Part shown: positions 1 through 9,683 of the stretch, in pieces
Numbering within the stretch: the stretch's first letter is position 1
How the letters are laid out: every line of letters begins with the position of its first letter
NCBI RefSeq assembly: GCF_000010065.1
Contig: NC_006576.1
Span: 1,860,001-1,892,000, forward strand
Length of the DNA stretch: 32,000 nucleotides
Origin: Synechococcus elongatus PCC 6301
GTDB taxonomy: Bacteria > Cyanobacteriota > Cyanobacteriia > Synechococcales > Synechococcaceae
Direction: 5' to 3'
Program-made: the position numbers and the translations under genes
Notes under the pieces: model-generated
The model's input: only the letters and a program-made list of their open reading frames with translations
Databases searched by the model: none
What the model was told of the DNA's origin: nothing

Positions 1-1029
1 TAGAGGTTTTTCTGGAGTACAAGTGCGACCAAAAGCCGGACAGTCACAGGGTTGTTTCTGGCCTTGAAGAACCAAACCGCTGATGCAGTCATTGACTGAT
101 GTGAGCGCGATCGCGCCAGTGATTGCAAAACGACAATGGGCATCAAACGACTTAAATTCAGGCTGGAATTCCAGCCCTCCCTCGGGAATTGTGCCCAGGC
201 TGCGCCAGTCTTGATCGGCGATCGCAAACACCCGTTCTACCCACTGCTGAGCGGCTAAATTTCCAGCTTCTTGAACAGCGCGACCGTAGCAATTCACGAC
301 TTCAGAGCGGCCGGATTCTAGTTGATCCAGACAGGCGTAAATGCCCTGCAAAATATCGACTGGTTCAAAGCCAGTAATCGCGATCGGGACATGATAGCGA
401 TTAGCGATCGCCGGATATTCCGCTAAACCAGCGACTGTACAAACATGACCCGCCGCCAGAAAGCCTTGAATCCGGCAATCTGGATCAGCGAGTAACTGTG
501 TCATCGCCGGAGCCACGCGGACATGAGACAGCAACACCGAAAAGTTGGTGAGCTGTTGTTGCTGGGCTTGGGCGATCGCGAGAGCAGTTGCGGGAGCTGT
601 TGTTTCAAAGCCGACCGCGAGAAAAACCACTTGGCGATCGGGGTTTTTAGCTGCGATCGCAACAGCATCCAGTGGACTATAGACAATCTGCACCTGAGCA
701 CCAGCGGCACGGGCTTGCTGTAAACTCTGCTGGCGTTCGCCGGGAACCCGTACCATATCGCCGAAGCTACAGATTATGACTTGCGGATCTTGGGCGATCG
801 CGATTGCCTGATCAATCACCGAGCCGGGCGTCACACAGACCGGACAACCGGGGCCATGCAGCAGCGTCACCCCCTCGGGCAGCAAAGTATCGAGGCCATA
901 GCGAACGATGCTGTGGGTCTGGCCGCCGCAAACTTCCATCAGCGTCCAAGGTCGCGTTACCCGTTGCGCGATCGCTTCTACCCACGCTTGCACGGCTGCC
1001 GCCTGCCGAAACTCCTGGACGTAGCGCAC
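1..1029 (-). CDS. hypD: Hydrogenase maturation protein HypD, C-terminus cut by window edge
   Basis: Own translation of the minus strand (absent from the ORF track because it runs off the window): MRYVQEFRQAAAVQAW...RPWTLMEVCGGQTHSIVRYG...LHGPGCPVCVTP...GLVLQGQKQPCDCPAFGRTCTPEKPL. These are HypD cysteine motifs. GTG start at 1029, just after the TGA of the upstream ORF. Confidence 0.93.
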   Translation of the reverse strand, partial: MRYVQEFRQAAAVQAWVEAIAQRVTRPWTLMEVCGGQTHSIVRYGLDTLLPEGVTLLHGPGCPVCVTPGSVIDQAIAIAQDPQVIICSFGDMVRVPGERQQSLQQARAAGAQVQIVYSPLDAVAIAAKNPDRQVVFLAVGFETTAPATALAIAQAQQQQLTNFSVLLSHVRVAPAMTQLLADPDCRIQGFLAAGHVCTVAGLAEYPAIANRYHVPIAITGFEPVDILQGIYACLDQLESGRSEVVNCYGRAVQEAGNLAAQQWVERVFAIADQDWRSLGTIPEGGLEFQPEFKSFDAHCRFAITGAIALTSVNDCISGLVLQGQKQPCDCPAFGRTCTPEKPL

Positions 1030-1030
1030 C

Positions 1031-2053
1031 TCAACCCCCCGGGAAGACTTCCGGCACCGCCCAAGTGCCACTCTGCAGCGATCGCAGATACTGCACCCGT
1101 TCAAAGCGATCGGGCGCCGGACAGGACTGCTGACTCATGCAACCTTGCAGCAGCGACAACGCGGGGCAATCATGCTCCGCCAGCCACGTTTTTAAGTCTG
1201 CTTCAATCCGCTGCAAGACGTCGGGGCCATGGCGTAACAGTGCCCCCACAATTTGCGTGGTGGCTGCTCCCGCCATCACCATGCGGATCACATCATCAGC
1301 GCGTTGAATGCCACCCGTCGCCGCAAAATCCACCGGCACCTGTCCGTAGAGCAGCGCAATCCAATGCAGCGGCAGCCGTTGATCCTGTGGGTTACTCAAG
1401 ATCAGGCGCGGCACGACGTCCAAACTCTCAATGTCGATATCCGGCTGATAAAAGCGGTTAAACAGCACGATCGCCTGAGCCCCCGCTTGGGCAAACTGCC
1501 GGATCATGTGGCCGGGACTGCTGAAAAAAGGGCTGAGCTTAACCGCCAGCGGTAACTGCGTCGCCGCCCGCACTTGCTCAACCACCCGCAGATATTGGGC
1601 TTCGACTTCCGCTCCGCTCTGATTCGGATCGACCGGCAGCGCGTACAAGTTCAGCTCCAGTGCATCCGCGCCAGCACCTTCAATTCGGCGGGCGTAATCA
1701 ACCCAGCCGTTATCACTGGTGCCATTCAAACTGGCGATGATCGGGATTTGAACTTGAGCTTTAGCCTTCTCAATCTGCCGGAGATAATGCACCGGCCCGA
1801 TCGGGAACCAAGCGGGCTCCGGCGCATAGGTCAGGGATTCTGCATAGTGATGACTGCCGACTTCCAACTGCTGCCAAACGGCCTGATGCTCGGCTTCTAC
1901 CTGCTCCTCAAATAGGGAATGGAGCACGATCGCACTCGCTCCCGCTGCTTCTAAGGCGGGGAGTTGTTCCGTCCGCTCACTCAGGGGAGCAGCAGCCCCA
2001 ACCACCAAGGGCGATCGCAACTTCAGCCCCAGGTAATCCATGCTCAGGTCCAT
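1031..2053 (-). CDS. Dihydroorotate dehydrogenase-like (PyrD family) FMN TIM-barrel protein
   Basis: 340 aa ORF: MDLSMDYLGLKLRSPLVVGAAAPLS..., with DHOD-like IIASLNG, LAVKLSPFFSS, IVLFNRF and ATGGIQRADDVIRMVMAGA blocks. Start abuts/overlaps the nifJ stop. Confidence 0.85.
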   Translation of the reverse strand: MDLSMDYLGLKLRSPLVVGAAAPLSERTEQLPALEAAGASAIVLHSLFEEQVEAEHQAVWQQLEVGSHHYAESLTYAPEPAWFPIGPVHYLRQIEKAKAQVQIPIIASLNGTSDNGWVDYARRIEGAGADALELNLYALPVDPNQSGAEVEAQYLRVVEQVRAATQLPLAVKLSPFFSSPGHMIRQFAQAGAQAIVLFNRFYQPDIDIESLDVVPRLILSNPQDQRLPLHWIALLYGQVPVDFAATGGIQRADDVIRMVMAGAATTQIVGALLRHGPDVLQRIEADLKTWLAEHDCPALSLLQGCMSQQSCPAPDRFERVQYLRSLQSGTWAVPEVFPGG

Positions 2054-5000
2054 TACTGAGGCCCTCCTGCCGTGGGTTTCGGGGTTGGTTTCGCCAGTGC
2101 TTGATAGAACTGCCAGCGCTGATCCACATCGGCCTGTGCTTGGTCGAGTAGTTGTTGCGCGGCTTCTGGCTGACTGAGACGCAGCATCTGGAAGCGATTT
2201 TCGGAATAGAGCGCTTGCGACAGCGGTAGATGGGGCGATCGCGAATCGAGTTGCAGTGTGTTATCACCGCGATCGCGGCGGCGCGGATCGTAGCGATAGA
2301 GCAACCAGCGACCGGAATCGACGGCTCGTTTCTGCGCATCCAAGCCTTTGGTCATGTCGATGCCGTGGGCGATGCAATGGGAGTAGGCAATGATCAGCGA
2401 CGGCCCCGGATAGGACTCGGCTTCGATGAAGGTGCGAATCGTGTGCTCGTCCCGTGCCCCGAGTGCCACGCTGGCCACATAAGCCGAGCCGTAGGTCATC
2501 GCGATTAAGCCGAGGTCTTTCTTGGCGCTGGGTTTGCCACCTGCCGCAAATTTAGCGACCGCCGCCCGTGGCGTTGACTTCGACATTTGGCCGCCGGTGT
2601 TGGAGTAAACCTCCGTATCCAGCACGAGGATATTGACGTTGCGGCCGCTGGCGAGGACGTGATCGAGTCCGCCAAAGCCGATGTCGTAGGCCCAGCCATC
2701 GCCACCCACCAGCCAGACACTCTTGCGCACCAATGTGTCCGCCAGATCCAGCCAGCGATTGAGGCGATCGCTCACGGATGCGTCCGGTTCCTGACTGAGC
2801 CAGTCTTGCACTTGCTGTTTGAGCTGTTGAACGCGATCGCGCTGCTCGAAAATACCGGCTTCACTGCTTTGATCAGCATTGAGTGTCTGCTGCACCAGTT
2901 CTGGCGAGAGAGGACTGCCCGCGATCGCCGCCAGATGGCTGAGCAACTGCTGCGCCATGGCTTCCTGTTGATCAAGCGCGACACGGAAACCCAGCCCAAA
3001 CTCGGCGTTGTCTTCAAACAGCGAATTCGACCAAGCGGGGCCGCGCCCCTCGGCGTTGTGCGTCCAAGGCGTCGTTGGCAAATTGCCGCTGTAAATTGAG
3101 GAGCAACCCGTGGCGTTAGCGACCAACAGGCGATCGCCAAACAGTTGCGTCATCAGCTTCAGGTAGGGCGTTTCGCCGCAGCCCGCGCAGGCGCCCGAAA
3201 ATTCAAACAGCGGTTGCTGCAACTGCTGCTGGCCAATTTTGTGCAAATTCAAGGCGCTGCGATCAACTTCCGGCAGGCTCAAGAAAAAGTCCCAGTTGTG
3301 CCGCTCAGCCTCGCGCAACGGCGCCTGCGCCGCCATATTCAGGGCTTTGCGGCGCGGTTGCTGGCGATCGCGAGCGGGGCAGACTTCCACGCAGAGCTGG
3401 CAGCCAGTGCAATCTTCGGTCGAAACCTGAATCGTGAAGGGGCGATCGCTCCAAGTGGCATCCCGAGCGGGAGCGTGCTTGAACGTCTCCGGTGCTGCCT
3501 CCAGTACCTCGGATTCGTAGACTTTGGCGCGAATCACACCGTGCGGGCAGACCAGCAGGCATTTGCCGCACTGCACACAGAGGTCGGGCTCCCAAACCGG
3601 CACGGTGTCGCTGATATTGCGTTTTTCGTAGCAGCTGGTGCCGCTGGGATAGGTGCCATCGACCGGCAGCGCACTAACCGGCAGTTGATCACCTTTGCGA
3701 GCCAGCATCGCGCCCAGCACATCGCGGACAAAGGGCGGAGCGGATGCGATCGCGGGAGTCTCCGTTACACCCACGGCAACGGGTATGCCGATCGGTAAGG
3801 GCTTGAGGGCCGCTAAGGTCGGCTCAATGATCGCGAGATTGGCATCAACAACGGCTTGCCCTTTCTTACCGTAGGTTTTCTGGACAGCGCGGCGGTAGGC
3901 TGCGATCGCAGTGTCTTGGGGCAACACACCCGACAACGCAAAGAAGGCAACCTGCATCACCGTGTTGATGTGGCGACCCAGTCCTTGCTCCGCCGCTAAA
4001 GCATCCGCGTTGATCACCCAAGGCTGCAGTTGCTTGTCGAGGATGCCCTGCTGCACTTTTTCTGGGAGTTGCTGCCAGGTCTCCTCGGGGCTGTAGGGGC
4101 TGTTGATCAGCAGCGTGGCATGGGGAGCGGCGCTGTCGATTAGGTCGAAGCTGTGCAGGAATTGCCATTGGTGGCAGGCGACAAAGTTGGCCTGCCTAAT
4201 CAGGTAGGGTGCTGCGATCGCGCGAGGTCCAAAGCGCAGGTGCGAGACCGTGACCGAACCGGATTTCTTCGAGTCGTAGACGAAGTAGCCCTGCGCCCAG
4301 TTGTCGGTGTCCTCGCCAATGATCTTGATCGAGTTTTTATTCGCCCCGACGGTGCCATCCGAGCCGAGACCGTAGAAAATCGCCCGCACTGTGTCGGCGG
4401 CTTCGATCGACCAACTGGGATCCCACGGCAGCGAGAGATGGGTCACATCGTCCTCAATCCCGATCGTGAAGGGATGCTGCAATCGCGTTTGGCTGAGGTG
4501 ATCAAAGATTGCCTTGGTCATCGCTGGCGTAAATTCTTTCGATGAGAGGCCATAGCGACCGCCGATAACGCGGGGCGGTTGTTCCAGCCGTGACAGCGCT
4601 TCGACGACATCCAGATAGAGCGGTTCGCCACTGGCGCCAGGTTCCTTGCAGCGATCGAGGACGGCGATCGCCTTGACTGTTGCGGGTAAAGCCTGCCGCA
4701 ATTCCGCTGCTGGGAATGGTCGATAGAGCCGCAGCTTCAGCACCCCGACTTTTTCGCCTTGGGCTTGCAGTGCAAGGACGGTCTGCTCAGCGACTTCTGC
4801 GCCGGAACCCATCACCACGATCGCCCGCTCCGCATCGGGAGCACCAACGTAGTCCACCAGTTCGTAAGCGCGACCCGTCAGCTGCGCGAACTCATCCATC
4901 GCCGCTTGGACGAGGGCAGGAGCTGCGTTGTAGTAGCGATTGACCGTCTCGCGGGCTTGGAAATAGACATCGGGATTCTGAGCGGTGCCGCGAATCACCG

Positions 5001-5643
5001 GATGGTCAGGGCTGAGAGCACGGTGACGATGCTCACGAATCGCCTCAGCGGGAATGTATTGCTGCAGCACCTCATCTGGTAGCAGCGCAATCTTCTGGAT
5101 TTCGTGGGAGGTGCGGAATCCGTCGAAAAAGTGCAGGAAAGGAATCCGGCTTTGCAGACTGGCCCGCAGGGCGATCGCGGCAAAATCTTGCGCCTCTTGC
5201 ACGGAGGCTGAACAGAGCAACGCACAGCCTGTCCCCCGCACCGCCATCACATCGCTGTGGTCGCCAAAGATCGAAAGCCCCTGCGCCGCCAGCGATCGCG
5301 CCGCAATATGTAACGCCATCGGCGTCAGTTCGCCCGCAATCTTGTAGAGATTGGGGATCATCAACAGCAAGCCCTGGGACGCCGTGAAAGTCGTCGTCAG
5401 TGCCCCGACTTGCAGCGCTCCATGCACCGCTCCGGCTGCTCCAGCCTCACTCTGCATTTCGACAATGCTGGGCACGTCGCCCCAAAGATTCGGTCGGTGA
5501 GTGGCTGCCCAAGCATCAGCCCATTCGCCCATGGGTGAAGCGGGCGTAATCGGATAGATGGCGATAACTTCGCTGAGGCGATAGGCAACCCTTGCCACCG
5601 CTTCATTGCCGTCTAAGGTGGCGTAGACAGGAGAGGAGGCCAT
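2053..5643 (-). CDS. nifJ: Pyruvate:ferredoxin/flavodoxin oxidoreductase
   Basis: 1196 aa ORF: N-terminal YRLSEVIAIYPITPASPMGEWAD, two 4Fe-4S motifs (CVQCGKCLLVCPHG, CTGCQLCVEVCPA), TPP-binding GDGWAYDIGFGGLDHV, and NILVLDTEVYSNTGGQMSKSTP. Confidence 0.97.
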   Translation of the reverse strand: MASSPVYATLDGNEAVARVAYRLSEVIAIYPITPASPMGEWADAWAATHRPNLWGDVPSIVEMQSEAGAAGAVHGALQVGALTTTFTASQGLLLMIPNLYKIAGELTPMALHIAARSLAAQGLSIFGDHSDVMAVRGTGCALLCSASVQEAQDFAAIALRASLQSRIPFLHFFDGFRTSHEIQKIALLPDEVLQQYIPAEAIREHRHRALSPDHPVIRGTAQNPDVYFQARETVNRYYNAAPALVQAAMDEFAQLTGRAYELVDYVGAPDAERAIVVMGSGAEVAEQTVLALQAQGEKVGVLKLRLYRPFPAAELRQALPATVKAIAVLDRCKEPGASGEPLYLDVVEALSRLEQPPRVIGGRYGLSSKEFTPAMTKAIFDHLSQTRLQHPFTIGIEDDVTHLSLPWDPSWSIEAADTVRAIFYGLGSDGTVGANKNSIKIIGEDTDNWAQGYFVYDSKKSGSVTVSHLRFGPRAIAAPYLIRQANFVACHQWQFLHSFDLIDSAAPHATLLINSPYSPEETWQQLPEKVQQGILDKQLQPWVINADALAAEQGLGRHINTVMQVAFFALSGVLPQDTAIAAYRRAVQKTYGKKGQAVVDANLAIIEPTLAALKPLPIGIPVAVGVTETPAIASAPPFVRDVLGAMLARKGDQLPVSALPVDGTYPSGTSCYEKRNISDTVPVWEPDLCVQCGKCLLVCPHGVIRAKVYESEVLEAAPETFKHAPARDATWSDRPFTIQVSTEDCTGCQLCVEVCPARDRQQPRRKALNMAAQAPLREAERHNWDFFLSLPEVDRSALNLHKIGQQQLQQPLFEFSGACAGCGETPYLKLMTQLFGDRLLVANATGCSSIYSGNLPTTPWTHNAEGRGPAWSNSLFEDNAEFGLGFRVALDQQEAMAQQLLSHLAAIAGSPLSPELVQQTLNADQSSEAGIFEQRDRVQQLKQQVQDWLSQEPDASVSDRLNRWLDLADTLVRKSVWLVGGDGWAYDIGFGGLDHVLASGRNVNILVLDTEVYSNTGGQMSKSTPRAAVAKFAAGGKPSAKKDLGLIAMTYGSAYVASVALGARDEHTIRTFIEAESYPGPSLIIAYSHCIAHGIDMTKGLDAQKRAVDSGRWLLYRYDPRRRDRGDNTLQLDSRSPHLPLSQALYSENRFQMLRLSQPEAAQQLLDQAQADVDQRWQFYQALAKPTPKPTAGGPQ

Positions 5644-5766
5644 TTTTCTCCGCAGAAAGCGGTATCTGCCCCTATCGTGGGCACCGCGATCGCTGAAGCC
5701 ACCAGATTGTGCCGTTTTTTTAGCTTTCGCTCACGCTCCGTTACGCAAGGGAGTGAGTTGAAGGAT

Positions 5767-6846
5767 CTAGGCGGGCATCAGCGAAACAGGCTTAGCAAAG
5801 ATCAGACGACCGGCAGAAGTTTGCAAGGCACCGGTCACCATCACCGCAATTTCACTGCCGATGAAGGGGCGGCCTCCTTCGACAACAACCATCGTGCCGT
5901 CTTCGAGATAGCCCACGCCTTGAGCGGCTTCTTTGCCTTCCTTGAGGATCCGTAGGTCGAAGCGATCGCCCGGTAGATAGGTGGGGCGTAGCGTTTTCGC
6001 GAGGTCATTGATATTCAGGACCGTGACCTCTTGAATGCTGGCAACCCGATTGAGGTTGTAGTCCACCGTTAACAGCGGTGCTTGCAAATCCTGGGCTAAA
6101 CGGACGAGCTTGGCATCTACCGTACCGATGTCATCGTAGTCAGCACTGTTGATTGAGATGCGGGGCGCATAGGTTTCGCGTAGCCGGTTCAGGACGTCCA
6201 AACCCCGCCGTCCCCACGATCGCTTTTGGTCATTACTGGCATCTGCGAGTTGCTGCAGTTCTTGCAAGACAAACTGCGGCACAATCAGCCGCCCTTCCAA
6301 AAAGCCAGTCTCGATCAGGGCTTCAATCCGGCCATCGATGATGCAGCTGGTATCGATCACCTTGCTGATTGCAGGCTTGAGCGTTCCTTCGGCTAGCAGC
6401 GCCGACTCAACGGAGCCGGGATTGACCAGCCGAATCAGGGTGCGCCCGTGGGTATCGGCCAAGGTGATTCCCGACATGCCGAAAGCGATACTGCCGATTA
6501 CTGCAGCCAAGGGTTTGAGAAAGACAAACTCCGTCGGAATGGGGAGCAAGAAAATGGGCGTCAGGATCAGGTTGGCGATCACCAACCCAAGAATGAGCCC
6601 CACCGCTCGGCTAATCAACTGATCCGTGGGCATTTGCCGTGCTTGCAACTGCAGCCGTCGAACTGCGGCTTGTGCCAAGAGGCCGAACAAACCACCAAAC
6701 AAAGCAGTGAATCCGGCGACCACAAAGCGCAGCCCCTCCAGATCCGTTACCTGTTGCAGAGCACGTTCCGGCAGCAGATCAACTCCCAGGAAACCGGTTA
6801 CCGCGCCGGTGATCAAAAAAAGCAGAATAATCAAAGCGTCTAACAT
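5767..6846 (-). CDS. PIN domain + C-terminal TRAM domain integral membrane protein (YacL-like)
   Basis: N-terminal TM helices, then KVIDTSCIIDGRIEALIETGFLEGRLIVPQFVLQELQQLADASNDQKRSWGRRGLDVL (PIN) and EGVGYLEDGTMVVVEGG-type TRAM tail. Internal start MLDALIILLF at 6846 preferred over the track start at 6927. Confidence 0.85.
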   Translation of the reverse strand: MLDALIILLFLITGAVTGFLGVDLLPERALQQVTDLEGLRFVVAGFTALFGGLFGLLAQAAVRRLQLQARQMPTDQLISRAVGLILGLVIANLILTPIFLLPIPTEFVFLKPLAAVIGSIAFGMSGITLADTHGRTLIRLVNPGSVESALLAEGTLKPAISKVIDTSCIIDGRIEALIETGFLEGRLIVPQFVLQELQQLADASNDQKRSWGRRGLDVLNRLRETYAPRISINSADYDDIGTVDAKLVRLAQDLQAPLLTVDYNLNRVASIQEVTVLNINDLAKTLRPTYLPGDRFDLRILKEGKEAAQGVGYLEDGTMVVVEGGRPFIGSEIAVMVTGALQTSAGRLIFAKPVSLMPA

Positions 6847-6957
6847 AGTCGCGAACCGAAGCGGCGCAAACTCTGTGGCTGCACGGGATCGCGCCAGCCT
6901 CGGGGCAGGGAGCCCCATTATATCCACCCATCAGTATGGGCCTGCTGGCAACAGCAC

Positions 6958-8148
6958 ATGATCAATTTGCCGATTGCTGCTTACCTACACATCCCCTTTT
7001 GTCGTCGTCGCTGCTTTTACTGTGACTTCCCGATTAGCGTCGTGGGCGATCGCCTGCGCGGGGATCAGTCCGGCATGATCCGCCAGTATGTGGACGCGAT
7101 CTGCCAAGAAATTGCTGCGACGCCTGTGCTTGGGCCAGCACTGCAAACGGTCTTTTTCGGTGGGGGAACGCCCTCCCTGCTGAGTCCCAATCAGCTCGAT
7201 CGCATTCTGCAGACCCTCGATCGCCGTTTTGGGATTGCAGCGACGGCTGAAATTTCAATCGAAATGGATCCCGCTAGCTTTGACCGATCGCAAGCGATCG
7301 CAACGCGACAGCTAGGCTTTAACCGCGTCAGTATTGGCGCTCAGGCGTTTCAAGATGGCCTGTTGGAACGGTGTGGTCGTACCCATCGGCGGGCCGATAT
7401 CGATCGCGCTGTGGCGGATTTGCGGGCTGCTGGTTTCGAGAATCTCAGTCTGGATTTGATCTCGGGTCTACCGGAACAGACGCTGGCGGATTGGCAGGCT
7501 TCATTAGAAGCCGCGATCGCCCTAGAACCGACTCACCTCTCGGCCTACGATCTGGTGCTAGAACCAGAGACGGTGTTTGGCAAGCGCTATCAACCGGGCG
7601 ATCGCCCCTTGCCAGCCGATGAGCAAACCGCTGTCATGTATCGACTGGCGCATAGGACCTTGGAAGCGGCGGGCTTTGAGCACTATGAAATCTCGAACTA
7701 TGCGCGATCGGGATTTCAGTGTCGCCACAATCGCGTCTACTGGCAGGATCAGTCCTTCTATGGCTTTGGGGTCGGTGCGACGAGTGCCCTGCAAGGCCAG
7801 CGGTTTGGCCGTCCGCGCCGCCGAGCTGATTACTTTATCTGGCTCGAGACGCCGGGTGCGATCGCGGCAGCTTGTGCACCGGTTACCTCTGATCCGGCTG
7901 ATGCCTTAGCGGAAACGCTGATGTTGGGGCTGCGGCTGGCGGAAGGGTTGGATTGGACCGCATTAGAGCAGCCGTTTGGGGCAGAAATCCTGCGATCGCT
8001 GCAACCTGTGATTCAGCGCTACCAACAGGCGGGCTGGTTGCAATGGCAGGGCGATCGCCTCAGCTTGACCCAGCCGGAGGGCATGCTCTTCTCGAATCAG
8101 GTCTTAGCCAGTTTGTTTGAACGACTCGAGGCGATCGCGACTGTCTAG
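6958..8148 (+). CDS. hemW: Radical SAM HemW / oxygen-independent coproporphyrinogen III oxidase-like protein
   Basis: [20 protein letters not shown] (CxxxCxxC radical SAM), [29 protein letters not shown]. Confidence 0.88.
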   Translation: MINLPIAAYLHIPFCRRRCFYCDFPISVVGDRLRGDQSGMIRQYVDAICQEIAATPVLGPALQTVFFGGGTPSLLSPNQLDRILQTLDRRFGIAATAEISIEMDPASFDRSQAIATRQLGFNRVSIGAQAFQDGLLERCGRTHRRADIDRAVADLRAAGFENLSLDLISGLPEQTLADWQASLEAAIALEPTHLSAYDLVLEPETVFGKRYQPGDRPLPADEQTAVMYRLAHRTLEAAGFEHYEISNYARSGFQCRHNRVYWQDQSFYGFGVGATSALQGQRFGRPRRRADYFIWLETPGAIAAACAPVTSDPADALAETLMLGLRLAEGLDWTALEQPFGAEILRSLQPVIQRYQQAGWLQWQGDRLSLTQPEGMLFSNQVLASLFERLEAIATV

Positions 8149-8978
8149 GAGAGTGGTTCCTGTTCAGCTGGCTGAGACTGGAGGAACTGGCGATCGCGCA
8201 CTTCTCGGGCGTAACGCTGCACGGCAGATCCGATCGCTTGCCGCAGGTTGAGATAAGCCGGCGCAAAGGGCGGCTGGCTAGGGGTCAGTCCTAGCAGATC
8301 GGCGGTCACCAAAATTTGCCCATCACAATTAGGGCCAGCCCCAATCCCGATCGTTGGAATCGAGAGTTTCGCCGTGATCATGGCTGCAAGGCGATCGGGA
8401 ATGTGTTCCAAGACGATCGCGAACGCGCCAGCAGCCTCCAGCGCGAGAGCCTGATCCAAAATCTGCTGCTGCGCTTCGGGCGTTTGTCCCTGCTGGCGAT
8501 AGCCGAGCTGGCGCACGGATTGCGGAGTCAGCCCCACATGCCCCATCACCGGAATGCCGACTTCCACCAGTCGTTGCACCGTTTCTAAGAGGCGCGGATA
8601 GCCCCCCTCTAATTTGACGGCTTGAGCCTCCGTCACCTTCAGCAGTTGTCCTGCTGCGAGAATCGCGTCTTCTGGGCTGGTTTGGTAGGACAAAAACGGC
8701 AAGTCGCTGACGATCAGGGCATTGCGGCAACCACGCTGCACGGCCTGCACATGGTGAATCATGTCTTCTAGGCTTAGGGGCAGCGTCGTGGGATGCCCGA
8801 GGGCAACCATTGCCAAGGAATCGCCAACAAGAACCAGATCGATGCCTGCCTCATCCAAAATGCTGGCGATCGCAAAATCCCAAGCGGTCAGCGCCACAAT
8901 CGGGCGACCCTGTTGCTTCCACTGACGCAGGTGACGAGGCGTGATCGGCATGGTCGCAACTGAGACGCGCTTCCTCAC
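8145..8978 (-). CDS. panB: 3-methyl-2-oxobutanoate hydroxymethyltransferase
   Basis: [71 protein letters not shown]. Confidence 0.95.
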   Translation of the reverse strand: MRKRVSVATMPITPRHLRQWKQQGRPIVALTAWDFAIASILDEAGIDLVLVGDSLAMVALGHPTTLPLSLEDMIHHVQAVQRGCRNALIVSDLPFLSYQTSPEDAILAAGQLLKVTEAQAVKLEGGYPRLLETVQRLVEVGIPVMGHVGLTPQSVRQLGYRQQGQTPEAQQQILDQALALEAAGAFAIVLEHIPDRLAAMITAKLSIPTIGIGAGPNCDGQILVTADLLGLTPSQPPFAPAYLNLRQAIGSAVQRYAREVRDRQFLQSQPAEQEPLS

Positions 8979-9030
8979 GCTATCAGACCGGCGCGATCGC
9001 TCGATAGGGGAGCAATGCTATGCTGAGATC

Positions 9031-9124
9031 GACTCGGACCTATGTGGTCAGAACGCCCAAATCCTGTCAGGACCGGAAGGTAGCAGCAGTACGGGATGCT
9101 TTTGACAGGCGTAGACTCCGGGTC
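9031..9124 (+). ncRNA. ffs: Signal recognition particle RNA (4.5S / bacterial small SRP RNA)
   Basis: Conserved domain IV core TGTCAGGACCGGAAGGTAGCAGCAGTACGGG. Terminal stem GACTCGG (9031) / CCGGGTC (ends 9124), followed by CACTTTTTTT T-run. Exact ends approximate. Confidence 0.92.
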
Positions 9125-9254
9125 ACTTTTTTTGCGCATGAGTCTGCGCGATCGCGGCGAATGTGGCCCGAGTCACTTCCCAGAGCGGCCTCACTGCCCT
9201 CAACACTCCAAGTGGCAAGGCTATGCTGAAGCAAGACGCCCCAGAGCTGCTGGC

Positions 9255-9683
9255 ATGAGCACTGTTACTGATCTTCTCCAAAAAGCGGTCTACCTTGGCA
9301 TCGGGCTGGCTTCCTATGTGCCCGAGTTGGCGAAAAGCGAAAATCTCTCGGATCTGAGCGATCGCGTCCAAAAATTAGTCGATGACTTGGTCGCTCGGGG
9401 TGAAATGACCACGGAAGAAGCCAAGCATGCGGTTGAAGACTTGGTGAGACAAGCGCAAGGCTCTGTCAATGGTCCCGCTGGATCGCCCCCGCCTATCCCT
9501 CAGCCCATTCAGATCACGGTTGAGGAAGTCGAACCCGAGGCCAGTTCGAGCGCGGCCTCAACGCCTGCCGACAGTGCGCCATCTAACAATCCAGCTTCTG
9601 CTGCTGACGATCTGGAAAGTCTGCGTCAGCAAGTCAGTCAACTGCGAGAAGAATTGAACCGCCTCAATCAGAACAAAGGATAA
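9255..9683 (+). CDS. Small acidic phasin-like / coiled-coil conserved protein
   Basis: MSTVTDLLQKAVYLGIGLASYVPELAKSENLSDLSDRVQKLVDDLVARGEMTTEEAKHAVEDLVRQ..., Pro/Ser/Glu-rich linker, heptad-like C-term SLRQQVSQLREELNRLNQNKG. Start at 9255 preferred over the track start at 9096, which lies in the SRP RNA. Confidence 0.75.
   Translation: MSTVTDLLQKAVYLGIGLASYVPELAKSENLSDLSDRVQKLVDDLVARGEMTTEEAKHAVEDLVRQAQGSVNGPAGSPPPIPQPIQITVEEVEPEASSSAASTPADSAPSNNPASAADDLESLRQQVSQLREELNRLNQNKG

Noticed and set aside
1-710. Short track ORFs at 189..377, 501..710 and 523..723
   Set aside because: They overlap hypD, which is supported by multiple conserved motifs and continues out of the window.
781-1461. 226 aa plus-strand ORF (and 804..1133)
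   Set aside because: Lies antisense to hypD and the DHOD-like gene, both of which match known families. Low-complexity Arg/Pro/Ala composition is typical of antisense frames in GC-rich DNA.
3145-3798. 217 aa plus-strand ORF
   Set aside because: Fully antisense to nifJ; no recognisable domain. Explained by codon bias of the opposite strand.
8145-8148. Possible fusion or frameshift at the convergent hemW/panB junction
   Set aside because: The two stops simply share the palindrome CTAG on opposite strands. Both proteins look complete.
9020-9229. Plus-strand ORF at 9020 and the 9096 start for the downstream ORF
   Set aside because: Both cross the SRP RNA and its T-run. The real CDS more likely starts at ATG 9255.
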